DNA of 64,000 nt from NCBI GenBank assembly GCA_034679465.1, contig JAXDAV010000074.1:19949-83948 (forward strand). Direction: 5' to 3'. A model generated the notes under the pieces. That model made no database searches and was not told the DNA's origin. It saw nothing but the letters and a program-made list of their open reading frames with translations. A program made the position numbers and the translations under genes. The number at the start of each line of letters is the position of its first letter. Positions within the stretch are counted from its first letter, which is position 1. This document shows positions 35,847-47,811 of the stretch, piece after piece. The stretch comes from Candidatus Aminicenantes bacterium (GTDB lineage: Bacteria > Acidobacteriota > Aminicenantia > Aminicenantales > Saccharicenantaceae).

Positions 35847-36629
35847 ATGAACGCACGCACCCTCCGGCGCTCCGGCACCCTGGCCGCCGCCGCTGTCCTT
35901 CTGGCCTCCGTCGTTCTGGCCCAGGGCCCCAAGCCCCGGGCCGTCTTCAAGGCGACGTCCCACGACTTCGGCAAGGTCAAGCAGGGCGACGTCGTCAGCC
36001 ACGAGTTCGTCTTCCGCAACGAGGGCGGCGCCCCGCTCGTCATCGAGAAGATCGACACGACCTGCGGCTGTGCGGCCGCGCTCGCGTCCGAGAAGACGAT
36101 CGGCCCGGGCAAGGAAGGCCGGATCAAGGCGACCTTCGACACCCGCGGCTATTCGGGGCGCCTCTCCCGCTACCTCTACATCGTCTCCAACGACGGCGAA
36201 GACCCCCGCCGCGAGCTCGCCCTCATCGCCGACATCGAGGTCCCGCCCTCGGCCCGCATCGACGTCGACCGCTACAACGTCGAGATGGGCCTGGTCCTCG
36301 AAGGGGAGGCGCCCTCGGCCAAGATCGTCATCAAGAGCGCCGGCGAGCGCGAGCTCAAAGTCGAGCTGGCCCACGAGAACGTCAAGTTCTTCTCCGGCGG
36401 CAAGCCGCTCGTTTCGCCGTTCTTCCTGCCCCGGGGCGAGTCCCGGGAGGTCGAGGCCCGCTTCCCGGCCCAGTCCAAGCCCGGGGTCAACCGCGACTAT
36501 ATCCTCCTCAAGTCGAACGACCCCGTCCGCTCGACGCTCTCCATCTACGTCAGCCGTTATGTCGTCTCCAAGAAGGAGCTGAAGGAGCTCTTCGAGAAGT
36601 ACCGGTCGGTCCTCAAGGTCCCGGGCTAG
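35847..36629 (+). CDS. DUF1573 domain-containing secreted protein
   Basis: 260 aa with a signal peptide, and HDFGKVKQGDVVSHEFVFRNEGGAPLVIEKIDTTCGC, the typical DUF1573 signature. Confidence 0.75.
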   Translation: MNARTLRRSGTLAAAAVLLASVVLAQGPKPRAVFKATSHDFGKVKQGDVVSHEFVFRNEGGAPLVIEKIDTTCGCAAALASEKTIGPGKEGRIKATFDTRGYSGRLSRYLYIVSNDGEDPRRELALIADIEVPPSARIDVDRYNVEMGLVLEGEAPSAKIVIKSAGERELKVELAHENVKFFSGGKPLVSPFFLPRGESREVEARFPAQSKPGVNRDYILLKSNDPVRSTLSIYVSRYVVSKKELKELFEKYRSVLKVPG

Positions 36630-36637
36630 GGACCGGC

Positions 36638-36865
36638 ATGGCCCGCATCCTCATCGTCAAGGCCCAGCCGCGCTCAAAGGCCCCCGGCGTCGAGGAGCTC
36701 GGGCCGGACCACTTCCGGGTCCGGGTCAGGGCCGCACCCGAAAAGGGCCGGGCCAACGACGAAGTCGCCGGCCGCCTGGCCGCGCACCTGGGCGTCCCGC
36801 CTTCGCGCCTGACGCTCCTCCGGGGGGCCTCCTCGTCCCACAAGCTCTTCCGGCTCGATATCTAG
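36638..36865 (+). CDS. DUF167 (YggU-family) protein
   Basis: 75 aa. VKAQPRSKAPGVEEL...RVRVRAAPEKGRANDEV...LLRGASSSHKLF matches the YggU pattern. Confidence 0.7.
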   Translation: MARILIVKAQPRSKAPGVEELGPDHFRVRVRAAPEKGRANDEVAGRLAAHLGVPPSRLTLLRGASSSHKLFRLDI

Positions 36866-36964
36866 CCGCTCCCGGGTCCGTCCTTTCGCTCCCATTCGTT
36901 CGTTACGGCCGGCGGGTGGGACGATCCGGCCGCGCCGTTCGTCCTTCCGGGATGGAGGCCCTCC

Positions 36965-38068
36965 ATGGACGACCGCCGCCGCTGTTGGCTGGCCCTGCAG
37001 CTCCTTTTCCACGGCCCCGGCGCCGCGGCCCGGCGCGTCCTCAAGCGCTTCCCCGCGGTCACCGACGTCTTCCGGGCCGCGCCGGCCGACTTCGAGGGTC
37101 TCCGCCTGACCGGCGACGCGGTCGAGGCCCTCGTCTCGGGGCGGGCCCTCGACCGGGCCGACCGGGAGCTTGAAAATGCCGGCCGGAAGGCGTATGCTCT
37201 CTTGACCCTTGACGACCCCGGGTATCCGGGCTACTTGAGAGAGATCTTCGATCCTCCGTTCGTCCTCTATTGCGAGGGCGATCCGGAGACGCTTCGAAAT
37301 CCCGCGGTGGCCATCGTCGGCGCCAGGCGACCCACCCCCTACGGGCGGGCCGTGGCCGAAAGGCTTGCCTGCGACCTGGCCGGCCGCGGCTGTGTCGTCG
37401 CCAGCGGCCTGGCCGCGGGCATCGACGCCTGCGCCCATCGGGGGGCTCTCCAAAAGGGAAGGACGGTGGCTGTGCTCGGTTCCGGCTTGGACGTGTGCTA
37501 TCCGTGGGAGAACCGCGGTCTCCAGCGCGAGATCGCCGGCCGCGGCGCGGTGGTGTCGGAGTTCCCCCTGGGGACGCCGCCGCTCGCGGAGCACTTCCCG
37601 GTCCGCAACCGGATCATCAGCGGCCTGTCGCTGGCCCTGGTCGTGGTCGAGGCGGCCTGGAAGAGCGGCTCGCTCATCACGGCCAAGCTGGCCCTGTCCC
37701 AGGACCGCGAGGTCATGGCCGTCCCGGGCAACGTGACCTCCGAGCTGAGCGCTGGCCCGAACGGCCTCATCAAGGACGGGGCCCGGCCCGTCGCGTCGTG
37801 GGAGGACGTGGCCGAGGGACTGCCGTCCCCCTGGCGCGAGGACCTTCTTGCGCGCCGGGACGAGAAGGAGGAGAATAGCGGCGCTTCTCTGAGCCCGGAC
37901 GAGCGCCGGCTCCTGGACGAGCTCGCCGTCGACGCGGCCCGGCCGATCGACGAGCTGGCCGAGAGGACCGGCCTTTCGGTCTCCGTCCTGCTGGCGCTGC
38001 TGCTCGGCCTCGAGCTGAAGGGGGCCGTCGTCCAGCGTCCCGGCAAAGAATTCCAGAGGAGAATGTAA
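36965..38068 (+). CDS. dprA: DNA-processing protein DprA (Smf)
   Basis: 367 aa with a Rossmann-like core (VAIVGARRPTPYG, SGLAAGIDACAHRGAL, FPVRNRIISGL) and a C-terminal winged helix. Conserved dprA-topA adjacency. Confidence 0.9.
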   Translation: MDDRRRCWLALQLLFHGPGAAARRVLKRFPAVTDVFRAAPADFEGLRLTGDAVEALVSGRALDRADRELENAGRKAYALLTLDDPGYPGYLREIFDPPFVLYCEGDPETLRNPAVAIVGARRPTPYGRAVAERLACDLAGRGCVVASGLAAGIDACAHRGALQKGRTVAVLGSGLDVCYPWENRGLQREIAGRGAVVSEFPLGTPPLAEHFPVRNRIISGLSLALVVVEAAWKSGSLITAKLALSQDREVMAVPGNVTSELSAGPNGLIKDGARPVASWEDVAEGLPSPWREDLLARRDEKEENSGASLSPDERRLLDELAVDAARPIDELAERTGLSVSVLLALLLGLELKGAVVQRPGKEFQRRM

Positions 38069-38069
38069 G

Positions 38070-40406
38070 TTGGCGAAATCACTCGTCATCGTCGAATCGC
38101 CGGCCAAGGCGAAGACGGTCAACCACTATCTCGGCAAGGACTACGTCGTCAAGGCCTCGATGGGCCACGTCCGCGACCTGCCCAAGAAGCAGATGGGCGT
38201 CGACATCGCCGCCGACTTCCAGCCGACCTATGAGGTCATCCCCGAGAAGAAGAAGGTCGTCGCCGAGCTGAAGAGAGCGGCCAAGGAGAGCGACCGCGTC
38301 ATCCTGGCCGCCGACCCCGACCGGGAAGGCGAGGCCATCTCCTGGCACCTCAGCCAACTTCTGGCCGATGCCAATCCGAACATCTTCCGGGCGGCCTTCA
38401 ACGAGATCACCGCGGAGGGCGTGCAGGCGGCGTTCCGGAACCCCGGGCAGATCAACCTCGCCCTCTTCAACGCCCAGCAGTCGCGGCGCGTCCTCGACCG
38501 GCTGGCCGGGTATCTCATCAGCCCCCTCCTGTGGAAGAAGATCGCCCGGGGCTTGTCCGCGGGCCGGGTCCAATCCGTGGCCCTGCGGCTCATCGTCGAC
38601 CGGGAAAAGGAGATCAAGGACTTCAAGTCCGAGGAATACTGGGCCGTCGCGGCCAAGCTCGAGGCCCGGAACCCGCCGGCCTTCAAGGCCGCGCTGGCCA
38701 AGATCGAAGGCAAGAAGGCCAAGGTCCGCACCGAGGAAGAGGCCCGGATCATCCGCGAGGAATGCGACCGGGCGCCGTTCGTGCTGGACGAGGTCCGGGT
38801 CAAGCCGAAATACAGGCACCCCGGCCCGCCCTACATCACCAGCACCCTCCAGCAGGACGGTTTCCGGCTCCTGCGCTTCCCGGTGAAGAAGACGATGTTC
38901 GTGGCCCAGAAGCTCTACGAAGGCATGCCCATCGGGGAGCTCGGCCAGACGGGCCTCATCACCTACATGCGCACGGATTCGTTCCGCGTGTCCGAAGCGG
39001 CCCAGGCGGCCGCGCGGGCCTTCATCGAACAGCACTACCAGGCCCTTCCGGCCAAGGGGGACGGCGCGTCCGCCGAGGACGTCCAGGCCCAGGCCGGCCA
39101 TCGCTCGCCCTACGTCCCGGCCAAGCCGAACGAGTACAAGAGCAAGAAGAAGACCCAGGACGCCCACGAGGCCATCCGGCCGGCCCACGTCGAGCTCACG
39201 CCGGAGAAGGTCAAGCCCTACCTCAAGAAGGAGGAATACGACCTCTACAAGCTCATCTGGCGGAGGTTCATGGCCTCGCAGATGGCCCCGGCCAGGATCG
39301 AGGAGACGGTCTTCGACATCACGGTCGGCCGCTTCCTCTTCCAGGCCAAGGGAGAGGTCGTCAAGTTCGACGGCTTCCTGGCCGTCTGGCCGAACGGCGG
39401 CTCCGACAAGGAGGTCCTGCCCAAGGCCGAGGCCGGCGAGACCCTCAAGCTGCTGGAGCTCGAGACCAAGCAGAAGTTCACCGAGCCGCCCCCCCGCTAC
39501 ACGGAAGGGACGCTGGTCAAGGAGCTCGAGGCCCGCGGCATCGGCCGGCCGAGCACCTACGCGCCGACCATCGCCACCATCCAGACCCGGACCTACGTCG
39601 TCAAGGAGGAGGGCAAGTTCCGGCCCACCGAGCTGGGGACCTACGTCACCGAGTATCTCATCAAGCACTTCGCCAAGCTCATGGAGTACAAGTTCACCGC
39701 CCGCATGGAGGAGGAGCTCGACGAGATCTCCGAGGGCGCCCGCAAAGGGTCCGAGAGCCTCCGGGAGTTCCATACCCTGCTCGAGGGCTATCTCAAGACG
39801 GCCGGCGAGTCCGAGGGCGTCAAGCAGACGGGCATTCCCCTCGACGAGAAGTGCCCGAAATGCGGCGCGCCGCTGGTCGTCAAGAGCGGCCGTTTCGGCC
39901 AGTTCAAGGCCTGCTCCGCCTATCCGGCCTGCCGGTTCCGCGACAGCCTGGACAAGCGGGAGTCCAAGCCCCTGGACGAGAAATGCCCCGAGTGCGGCTC
40001 CCAGCTGGCGCAGAAGTTCGGCCGCTTCGGCCCGTTCGTCGCCTGCTCGGATTATCCCAAGTGCAAGTACATCAAGAAGGACAAGCCCGTCGAAACGGGG
40101 ATCGACTGCCCGCTCGACTGCGGCGGCCGGGTCCTCAAGCGCAAGACGCGCCGGGGCAAGTTCTTCTTCGGCTGCAGCCGCTATCCGAAGTGCCGCTTCG
40201 CCTCCTGGGACGATCCCCTCGCCCGGGCCTGCCCCCAGTGCGGGGCGAAGGTCCTCTACAAAAAGAACCCCATCAAGGGCGAGCCGTACATCTTCTGCAA
40301 GACCGAGAAGTGCGCGTTCAAGGAAGCGGCGCCGCGGGAGAAGATCTGGGAGGCGGCGGCCGGAGAGCCGGCGGACGGCGGACCCGATGGACAGGGAAAT
40401 CGCTGA
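38070..40406 (+). CDS. topA: DNA topoisomerase I with four C-terminal C4 zinc ribbons
   Basis: 778 aa with a TTG start 8 nt after GAGGAGAA. Toprim LVIVESPAKAKTV and four CxxC...CxxxxC motifs between roughly 39850 and 40320. Confidence 0.95.
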   Translation: MAKSLVIVESPAKAKTVNHYLGKDYVVKASMGHVRDLPKKQMGVDIAADFQPTYEVIPEKKKVVAELKRAAKESDRVILAADPDREGEAISWHLSQLLADANPNIFRAAFNEITAEGVQAAFRNPGQINLALFNAQQSRRVLDRLAGYLISPLLWKKIARGLSAGRVQSVALRLIVDREKEIKDFKSEEYWAVAAKLEARNPPAFKAALAKIEGKKAKVRTEEEARIIREECDRAPFVLDEVRVKPKYRHPGPPYITSTLQQDGFRLLRFPVKKTMFVAQKLYEGMPIGELGQTGLITYMRTDSFRVSEAAQAAARAFIEQHYQALPAKGDGASAEDVQAQAGHRSPYVPAKPNEYKSKKKTQDAHEAIRPAHVELTPEKVKPYLKKEEYDLYKLIWRRFMASQMAPARIEETVFDITVGRFLFQAKGEVVKFDGFLAVWPNGGSDKEVLPKAEAGETLKLLELETKQKFTEPPPRYTEGTLVKELEARGIGRPSTYAPTIATIQTRTYVVKEEGKFRPTELGTYVTEYLIKHFAKLMEYKFTARMEEELDEISEGARKGSESLREFHTLLEGYLKTAGESEGVKQTGIPLDEKCPKCGAPLVVKSGRFGQFKACSAYPACRFRDSLDKRESKPLDEKCPECGSQLAQKFGRFGPFVACSDYPKCKYIKKDKPVETGIDCPLDCGGRVLKRKTRRGKFFFGCSRYPKCRFASWDDPLARACPQCGAKVLYKKNPIKGEPYIFCKTEKCAFKEAAPREKIWEAAAGEPADGGPDGQGNR

Positions 40407-41271
40407 GTTCCTGGCCTTCCTCCGGCACGAGAAGAACGCTTCCCCGCACACCCTGGCCGCCTATGAGCGCGACCTCCGGCAGGTCGCGGCCTACCTGAAA
40501 GAGCGCGGGACCCGCTGGGACCGGGCCGGCAACGTGATCCTGCGCGGCTTCCTGGCCGAGCTTCACGAGAAGAAGCGCAAGAAGTCGACGATCGGGCGCA
40601 AGCTGGCCGCCCTCCGGTCCTTCTACGATTTCTGCCTGCGGAAGAGGTGGGTCTCCGAGAACCCGGCCAAGGTCCTGGCCCGGCCCCGGCAGGAGAAGCG
40701 CGTCCCCTCCTTCCTTTCGGAGAGCGAGGCGGCGGAGCTCCTCGACCTGCCGCGCCCGGCCGGACCGCTCGATCTCCGCGACCGGGCCGTCCTCGAGCTC
40801 CTCTACGCGACCGGGATCCGCGTCAGCGAGCTCGTCGGCGTCGAGACGCCGGACCTCCACTTCGGCGAGCGCCTGGTCCGTGTCCGGGGCAAGGGCAGGA
40901 AGGAGCGCATCGTCCCGTTCGGGACCAGGGCCCTCGAGGCCCTCGAGGCCTACCGCCGCGCCCGGCCCGGGCTGGCCCGGGGCGGGGACGGCGGCGAGGC
41001 CTTCTTCCTCAATTACCGGGGCGGCCGGCTGACGACGCGGTCCGTGCAGCGGATGGTCCGCACGTGCATCCGCCGCACCGCCGTCGCCCGCAAGATCAGC
41101 CCCCACTCGCTCCGCCACTCTTTCGCCTCCCACCTGCTCGGCCGGGGCGCCGACCTGCGTGTCATCCAGGAGCTTCTCGGGCACAGCAGCCTGGCCACGA
41201 CGCAGAAGTACACCCACGTCGATCTCAAGCAGCTGCTCGCCGTTTACAAGAAGAGCCACCCCCGCTCTTAG
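40387..41271 (+). CDS. xerC: tyrosine recombinase XerC/XerD family
   Basis: 294 aa with the catalytic RHSFASHLL and GHSSLATTQKYTHV motifs, in housekeeping synteny after topA. Confidence 0.85.
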   Translation: MDREIAEFLAFLRHEKNASPHTLAAYERDLRQVAAYLKERGTRWDRAGNVILRGFLAELHEKKRKKSTIGRKLAALRSFYDFCLRKRWVSENPAKVLARPRQEKRVPSFLSESEAAELLDLPRPAGPLDLRDRAVLELLYATGIRVSELVGVETPDLHFGERLVRVRGKGRKERIVPFGTRALEALEAYRRARPGLARGGDGGEAFFLNYRGGRLTTRSVQRMVRTCIRRTAVARKISPHSLRHSFASHLLGRGADLRVIQELLGHSSLATTQKYTHVDLKQLLAVYKKSHPRS

Positions 41272-41281
41272 CCTGATTCAA

Positions 41282-41328
41282 AAAAACGCCCCCTTTCTTC
41301 TCCATCACTCTTATTTCAGGGCGTTTTT
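41282..41328 (+). terminator. candidate terminator after xerC (10 bp stem, unusually large loop)
   Basis: AAAAACGCCC (41282-41291) pairs with GGGCGTTTTT (41319-41328). The 27 nt loop weakens the call. Confidence 0.35.
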
Positions 41329-41509
41329 ACCCTCCGGGCGACCCGAGCGGGCCGGCAATCGGCGTTTCCGGTTTCTCCGCGCTTTGTCCACGGGGCTTGA
41401 CGCGAAGGCCGGGGTGCCTTCCACAATCGACACAAAACAATAGGAATAGTGGGAGACGGCAGAGTGGCACGGAGGACGCATTTAGGACGGACGAAAGGAG
41501 GTCTCACCC

Positions 41510-41821
41510 ATGACCGCTCAAAAACACAAGGGACTGGCGCTCGGGCTGGCCGTCGCGATCATCGCGCTCGCGCTCGCTCCGGCCTTGGCCCAGTCGACGG
41601 CGTCGAAGGCGAAGGTCAACATCAACACCGCCCCGGCCTCGGAGCTCGAAACGCTGCCGCGGATCGGCCCCAAGGTGGCCCAGAGGATCATCGATTTCCG
41701 GACCAAGAACGGCAACTTCAAGCGGGTCGAGGAGATCATGAAGATCCAGGGGATCGGCGAGAAGGTCTATGAGCAGATCAAGGACCTGATCACGGTGGGC
41801 GCCGAAACCGCGCCGAAATGA
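41510..41821 (+). CDS. ComEA-like helix-hairpin-helix DNA-binding protein
   Basis: 103 aa with a signal/anchor peptide, then VNINTAPASELETLPRIGPKVAQRIIDFR...IQGIGEKVYEQIK (tandem HhH). Confidence 0.8.
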   Translation: MTAQKHKGLALGLAVAIIALALAPALAQSTASKAKVNINTAPASELETLPRIGPKVAQRIIDFRTKNGNFKRVEEIMKIQGIGEKVYEQIKDLITVGAETAPK

Positions 41822-41871
41822 CGGCCCGGCCCTGTCCGGCCGGCCTCCCCAGCGGGGCCCCCGGACGGGGC

Positions 41872-42478
41872 CTATCTTTTCGCCTCGAGGAAGCGGCGAA
41901 GCCTGCGGACGGCCCGGCCGCGGTGGCTGACCTCGTTCTTGACCCGGGCCGGGAGCTCGGCGAACGTCCGCCGAAGCGGCGGATAGAAAAAGACCGGATC
42001 GTAGCCGAATCCCGACCGCCCCCGCGGCGCGAGGGCGATGCGGCCCCGGACTTCGCCCCGGAACTCCCCGACGATCGAGCCCCCCTCGGCCAGGACCATG
42101 ACGCAGACGAAGCGGGCCTTCCGGGCCGGCGCGGGAACGCCTTCGAGGAGGCGCAGGAGTCTGTCGATGTTCTTTTCGTCGGAGGGGCGCGGGGCGGAAA
42201 AGCGGGCCGAGCGGACGCCGGGCGCGCCGCCCAGGGCTTCGACCTCGAGCCCCGAGTCCTCGGCCAGGGTCAGCCCGGGCCGGCGACGGCTGTAGAAGAG
42301 GGCCTTGGACCGGGCGTTGGCTTCGAACGTCCGGCCCCGCTCGACGGGCTTCGGGCCGGGCCGGGCGCCGGCGAGGCCGACGACCTCGAGGGGCCGGCCG
42401 CCGCGCGAAAGGCCCTTCAGGGCCCTCCGGAGCTCGCGGACCTTGCCAGGGTTCCCGGTCGCCAGGAGGAGGCGCCCC

Positions 42479-42486
<8 letters not shown>
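41872..42486 (-). CDS. rdgB: dITP/XTP pyrophosphatase (RdgB/HAM1 family)
   Basis: 204 aa, with ATGNPGKVRE, SGLEVEALGGAPGV and GFGYDPVF motifs. Confidence 0.9.
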
Positions 42487-44512
<2,026 letters not shown>

Positions 44513-44564
44513 AACGTCAACCGTCCCGGCCCTGGCCGGGCATTTCCGTGATCCAAAAAAGCGC

Positions 44565-44593
44565 TTGACAGACATCGTCCGCGGTGTTAAATG
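44565..44593 (+). promoter_or_regulatory. candidate promoter of the Rrf2-pstSCAB operon
   Basis: TTGACA (44565-44570), a 17 nt spacer, then TAAATG (44588-44593), in an AT-rich patch within otherwise GC-rich DNA. Confidence 0.5.
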
Positions 44594-44602
44594 ATTAAAT
44601 CT

Positions 44603-44617
44603 ATTGACTTAGTCAAT
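44603..44617. promoter_or_regulatory. perfect 7-1-7 palindrome, candidate operator for the adjacent Rrf2 regulator
   Basis: ATTGACT-T-AGTCAAT lies just downstream of the predicted -10/TSS and 21 nt before the Rrf2 ATG. Confidence 0.5.
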
Positions 44618-44637
44618 TAATAAAGCCGGGAGGGGAG

Positions 44638-45081
44638 ATGAGGCTCTCGACGAAGGGCGAATACGCCAGCCGGGCCATGCTGGAGCTGTCCCGCAGATAT
44701 GGGGACGGCCCGATCCACAGCCGGGAGATCTCCGACGCCCAGGTGATCCCCCAGAACTTCCTCGAGCAGATCCTCCTTCTCCTGAAGCGGGCCGGCTACC
44801 TCAAGAGCCGTAAGGGCCCGAAGGGCGGCTATGTCCTGGCCAAGCCTCCGGGCGAGATCACTGTGGCCGAGGTCATCCGGGTCATGGACGGCCCCCTCGC
44901 CCCCATCGATTGCGTCAGCGTCATGGCCCGCGAGACCTGCCCGATGGAGGGGACCTGCGGCCTGCGCTGGCTGTGGAAGGACGTCCGCGACGCGGTGGCC
45001 GACATCCTCGAAAGGACGACCTTCGCCGATCTCGTCAGCAGGAGCAGTCCCGCCGCGGGCGAAGAGGGGAGACGGCCGTGA
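44638..45081 (+). CDS. Rrf2-family transcriptional regulator with a three-Cys putative Fe-S ligand set
   Basis: 147 aa. N-terminal wHTH MRLSTKGEYASRAMLELS...ISDAQVIPQNFLEQILLLLKRAGYLKSRKGPKGGY, and a Cys cluster CVSVMARETCPMEGTC (C-x8-C-x5-C). Confidence 0.85.
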   Translation: MRLSTKGEYASRAMLELSRRYGDGPIHSREISDAQVIPQNFLEQILLLLKRAGYLKSRKGPKGGYVLAKPPGEITVAEVIRVMDGPLAPIDCVSVMARETCPMEGTCGLRWLWKDVRDAVADILERTTFADLVSRSSPAAGEEGRRP

Positions 45082-46058
45082 CGGCGCGGACCCGCGGTCT
45101 CGTCCTTCTCGGCGTCCTCTGCTCCGTCCTTTCCGGGCCTCCCCCGGCGGCGGCCCAGCCGGCTTCCCCCCAAGCGACGGGCAGGCTCTCGCTCTCCGGG
45201 GCCTGGGCCCTCTATCCGTTGGCCGTCCGCTGGCAGGAAGAGTTCCGGAAGAGCCATCCCGGGGCCGTCATCGACATTCAGGCCGGGGGCGCGGGCAAGG
45301 GCATCGCCGACGCGCTGGCCGGGGTCGTCGATATCGGCATGGTCTCCCGGGAGATCCATCCCGCCGAGATGGAGAAGGGCGCGGTCCCGCTGGCCGTGGC
45401 CAAGGACGCGGTCGTCGCCACGGTCAGCCGGAAGAACCCGTTCCTCCCCGAGCTCCTCCGCCGCGGCCTCACCAAGGACGAGCTGGCCGGGCTCTGGCTG
45501 AGGAAGCCCGCCCCGGCCTGGGAGCGGCTCCTCGGCTTGAGCGGCCGGACGCCCGTCCACGTCTTCACCCGCTCGGACGCCTGCGGCGCGGCCGAGACCT
45601 GGGCCGCCTACCTCGGCGGACACCAGGAGGACCTGAACGGCATCGGCGTCTACGGCGACCCGGGCCTGGCCGAGGCGGTCCGCCGCGATCCGCTGGCCGT
45701 CGGCTTCAACAACGTCAACTTCGCCTACGACGCGAAGACCCTGCGGCCCGTGGCCGGGCTCGAGATCTGCCCGATCGACCTCGACGGGAACGGCCTCGTC
45801 GACCCGGCCGAGAGGATCTACGCCAGCCGCGACGACCTCATCCGGGCCATCGCGGCGAACGTCTATCCCTCCCCGCCGGCGCGCGACCTCTGGTTCGTCG
45901 TCAAGGGCCGGCCCGAGGGCCCGCTCCTCGTCGAATTCCTGGCCTGGGTCCTCACGGAGGGCCAGCGATACGTCGGCGAAATGGGCTACATCGCCGTCGG
46001 CCGGGACCGGATCGCTTCGGGCCTGGCCGTTCTCGGCTCTCCCGAGGCCAAACGGTGA
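45078..46058 (+). CDS. pstS: phosphate ABC transporter substrate-binding protein (PstS/PhoT family)
   Basis: Track ORF trimmed to GTG 45078 (GTGA overlap with the Rrf2 stop). It has a signal peptide, then IQAGGAGKGIADALAGVVDIGMVSREI, typical of the family. Confidence 0.8.
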   Translation: MTARTRGLVLLGVLCSVLSGPPPAAAQPASPQATGRLSLSGAWALYPLAVRWQEEFRKSHPGAVIDIQAGGAGKGIADALAGVVDIGMVSREIHPAEMEKGAVPLAVAKDAVVATVSRKNPFLPELLRRGLTKDELAGLWLRKPAPAWERLLGLSGRTPVHVFTRSDACGAAETWAAYLGGHQEDLNGIGVYGDPGLAEAVRRDPLAVGFNNVNFAYDAKTLRPVAGLEICPIDLDGNGLVDPAERIYASRDDLIRAIAANVYPSPPARDLWFVVKGRPEGPLLVEFLAWVLTEGQRYVGEMGYIAVGRDRIASGLAVLGSPEAKR

Positions 46059-46939
46059 GGCTGTTCAAGGACGCCCTGGCCCGCCGGGCGATGGGCCTGG
46101 TCACCGCCCTTCCGGGCCTGCTCGTCCTGGTCATCGTCATCGGGCTGTTCCTGCGATCGAGGGCCATCCTCGGCGTCGAGCCGCTCGCCCGCCTCCTTTT
46201 CTCTTCGGCCTGGAGCCCGCTCAAGGGCGAATTCGGCCTGATGCCGTTCATCGCCGGCACGGTCTGGGTCACCGTGACCGCCCTCGTCCTGGCCGTGCCC
46301 GTTTCGATCCTCACGGCCGTCTACCTGTCGGAGTACGCCCCGCGCTGGGTCCGCGAGGCCGCCAAGCCGGTCATCGATCTCCTGGCCGGCCTGCCCTCGG
46401 TCGTCTACGGCGTCTGGGGCGTCATCCTGGTCGTGCCCTTCGTCGGCCGGGTCCTGGCCCCGCTGGCCGGCGTCTATTCCTCCGGTTACAGCATCCTCGC
46501 CGGCGGCCTCGTCCTGGCCGTCATGACCTTCCCGACGGTCATCCACGTGACCCTCGAGGTCTTCTCGACGGTGCCCCGCTCGCTCCGCGACGCGTCCCTC
46601 TCTCTCGGGGCGACCAAATGGGAGACCACCCGTCACGTCGTCCTGCGCAAGGGCGCCCAGGGGATCCTGGCCGCCTCCGTCCTCGGCTTCTCCCGGGCCT
46701 TCGGCGAGACCATGGCCGTGCTCATGGTCGTCGGCAACGTGCCGGCCGTGCCGCGCTCGCTCTTCGACCCCGGCTATCCTCTGCCGGCCCTCATCGCCAA
46801 CAACTACGGCGAGATGATGTCGGTGCCGCGCTACGACGCGGCCCTGATGACGGCCGCGCTCGTCCTCATGGTCATGGTCCTGTTCTTCAACGTCCTGGCC
46901 CGCTGGATCCTCATCCGGGTCGAGCGGAGGGTCCGGTGA
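46055..46939 (+). CDS. pstC: phosphate ABC transporter permease PstC
   Basis: GTG 46055 (GTGA overlap with pstS), 294 aa. Motifs LSEYAPRWVREAAKPVIDLLAGLPSVVYG and the EAA-loop SLGATKWETTRHVVL. Confidence 0.88.
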   Translation: MRLFKDALARRAMGLVTALPGLLVLVIVIGLFLRSRAILGVEPLARLLFSSAWSPLKGEFGLMPFIAGTVWVTVTALVLAVPVSILTAVYLSEYAPRWVREAAKPVIDLLAGLPSVVYGVWGVILVVPFVGRVLAPLAGVYSSGYSILAGGLVLAVMTFPTVIHVTLEVFSTVPRSLRDASLSLGATKWETTRHVVLRKGAQGILAASVLGFSRAFGETMAVLMVVGNVPAVPRSLFDPGYPLPALIANNYGEMMSVPRYDAALMTAALVLMVMVLFFNVLARWILIRVERRVR

Positions 46940-47811
46940 GCGGCCCGGCCGCCCGGAGCGTCGGCCGGCGCAAGCGGACCGACGCCCTCTTTCGCCTCCT
47001 GGCCGCGGCCTCGGCCGCCGTCGTCCTCCTCTCGCTCCTCCTCATCCTGGGGACGATCCTCTGGAAATCGGTCCCGGCCCTGAGCCTGTCCATGCTCACC
47101 CGAACGCCGAAGGGGGGGTTCTACCTGGGCCGGGAGGGCGGCATCCTCAACGCCATCGCCGGCTCGCTGGCCCTCGGGCTCGGCGCGACCCTGCTGGCCT
47201 TCCTCCTGAGCCTGCCGCTCGTCCTCTACCTCAACGCCTACAAGGGCCGGGGCTCGCGAACGGCCGTCTGGACGCGCTTCTTCCTCGACGTCCTCTGGGG
47301 CGTGCCGTCGATCGTCATCGGCGCGTTCGGCTTCATCGTCATGCTGGCCCTGGGCCTGCGGGCCTCGCTCCTGGCCGGCATCCTGACGGTCGCCCTGCTC
47401 GAATTCCCGATCATGAGCCGGGCCATCGATGAGGTCATGCGCCTCGTCCCCCGGGAGCTCAAGGACGCCTCGACCTCGCTCGGGGCGACCCGGTTCGAGA
47501 CCGGCCTGAAGGTCATGGTCCGGCAGGCGGCCCCGGGCATCCTGACCGGCATGCTCCTCGCCTTCGGCCGCGGCATCGGCGACGCCGCCTCGGTCCTGTT
47601 CACGGCCGGCTTCACCGACCGCGTCCCCGCCTCCCTGGCCGATCCCGCGGCGACCCTGCCGCTGGCCATCTTCTTCCAGCTGGGGACCCCCTTCCCGGAG
47701 GTCCAGCAGAGGGCCTACGCCTCGGCCGCGGTCCTGACCCTGATCATCCTCCTCATCAGCCTGGCCGGCCGGGCGATGGGCCGAAAGGCGAACCGTCATG
47801 TCGTCAAGTGA
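46936..47811 (+). CDS. pstA: phosphate ABC transporter permease PstA
   Basis: GTG 46936 (GTGA overlap with pstC), 291 aa. Motifs GILNAIAGS and SLGATRFETGLKVMV. Confidence 0.88.
   Translation: MSGPAARSVGRRKRTDALFRLLAAASAAVVLLSLLLILGTILWKSVPALSLSMLTRTPKGGFYLGREGGILNAIAGSLALGLGATLLAFLLSLPLVLYLNAYKGRGSRTAVWTRFFLDVLWGVPSIVIGAFGFIVMLALGLRASLLAGILTVALLEFPIMSRAIDEVMRLVPRELKDASTSLGATRFETGLKVMVRQAAPGILTGMLLAFGRGIGDAASVLFTAGFTDRVPASLADPAATLPLAIFFQLGTPFPEVQQRAYASAAVLTLIILLISLAGRAMGRKANRHVVK

Noticed and set aside
40387-41271. The tyrosine recombinase as a marker of an integrated mobile element.
   Set aside because: It sits in the conserved housekeeping dprA-topA-xerC arrangement with a 20 nt overlap to topA. 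It has no adjacent tRNA, direct repeats, excisionase or phage/plasmid genes, and the composition matches the flanks. It is a chromosome-dimer resolution XerC/D-type enzyme.
41329-41509. A possible small RNA in the 238 nt xerC-comEA spacer. A TTGACG box occurs at about 41397, and the stretch lacks a credible ORF in the track.
   Set aside because: I found no convincing -10 at proper spacing, no terminator downstream before the comEA RBS, and no recognisable RNA family signature. It is most simply the comEA promoter/leader region.
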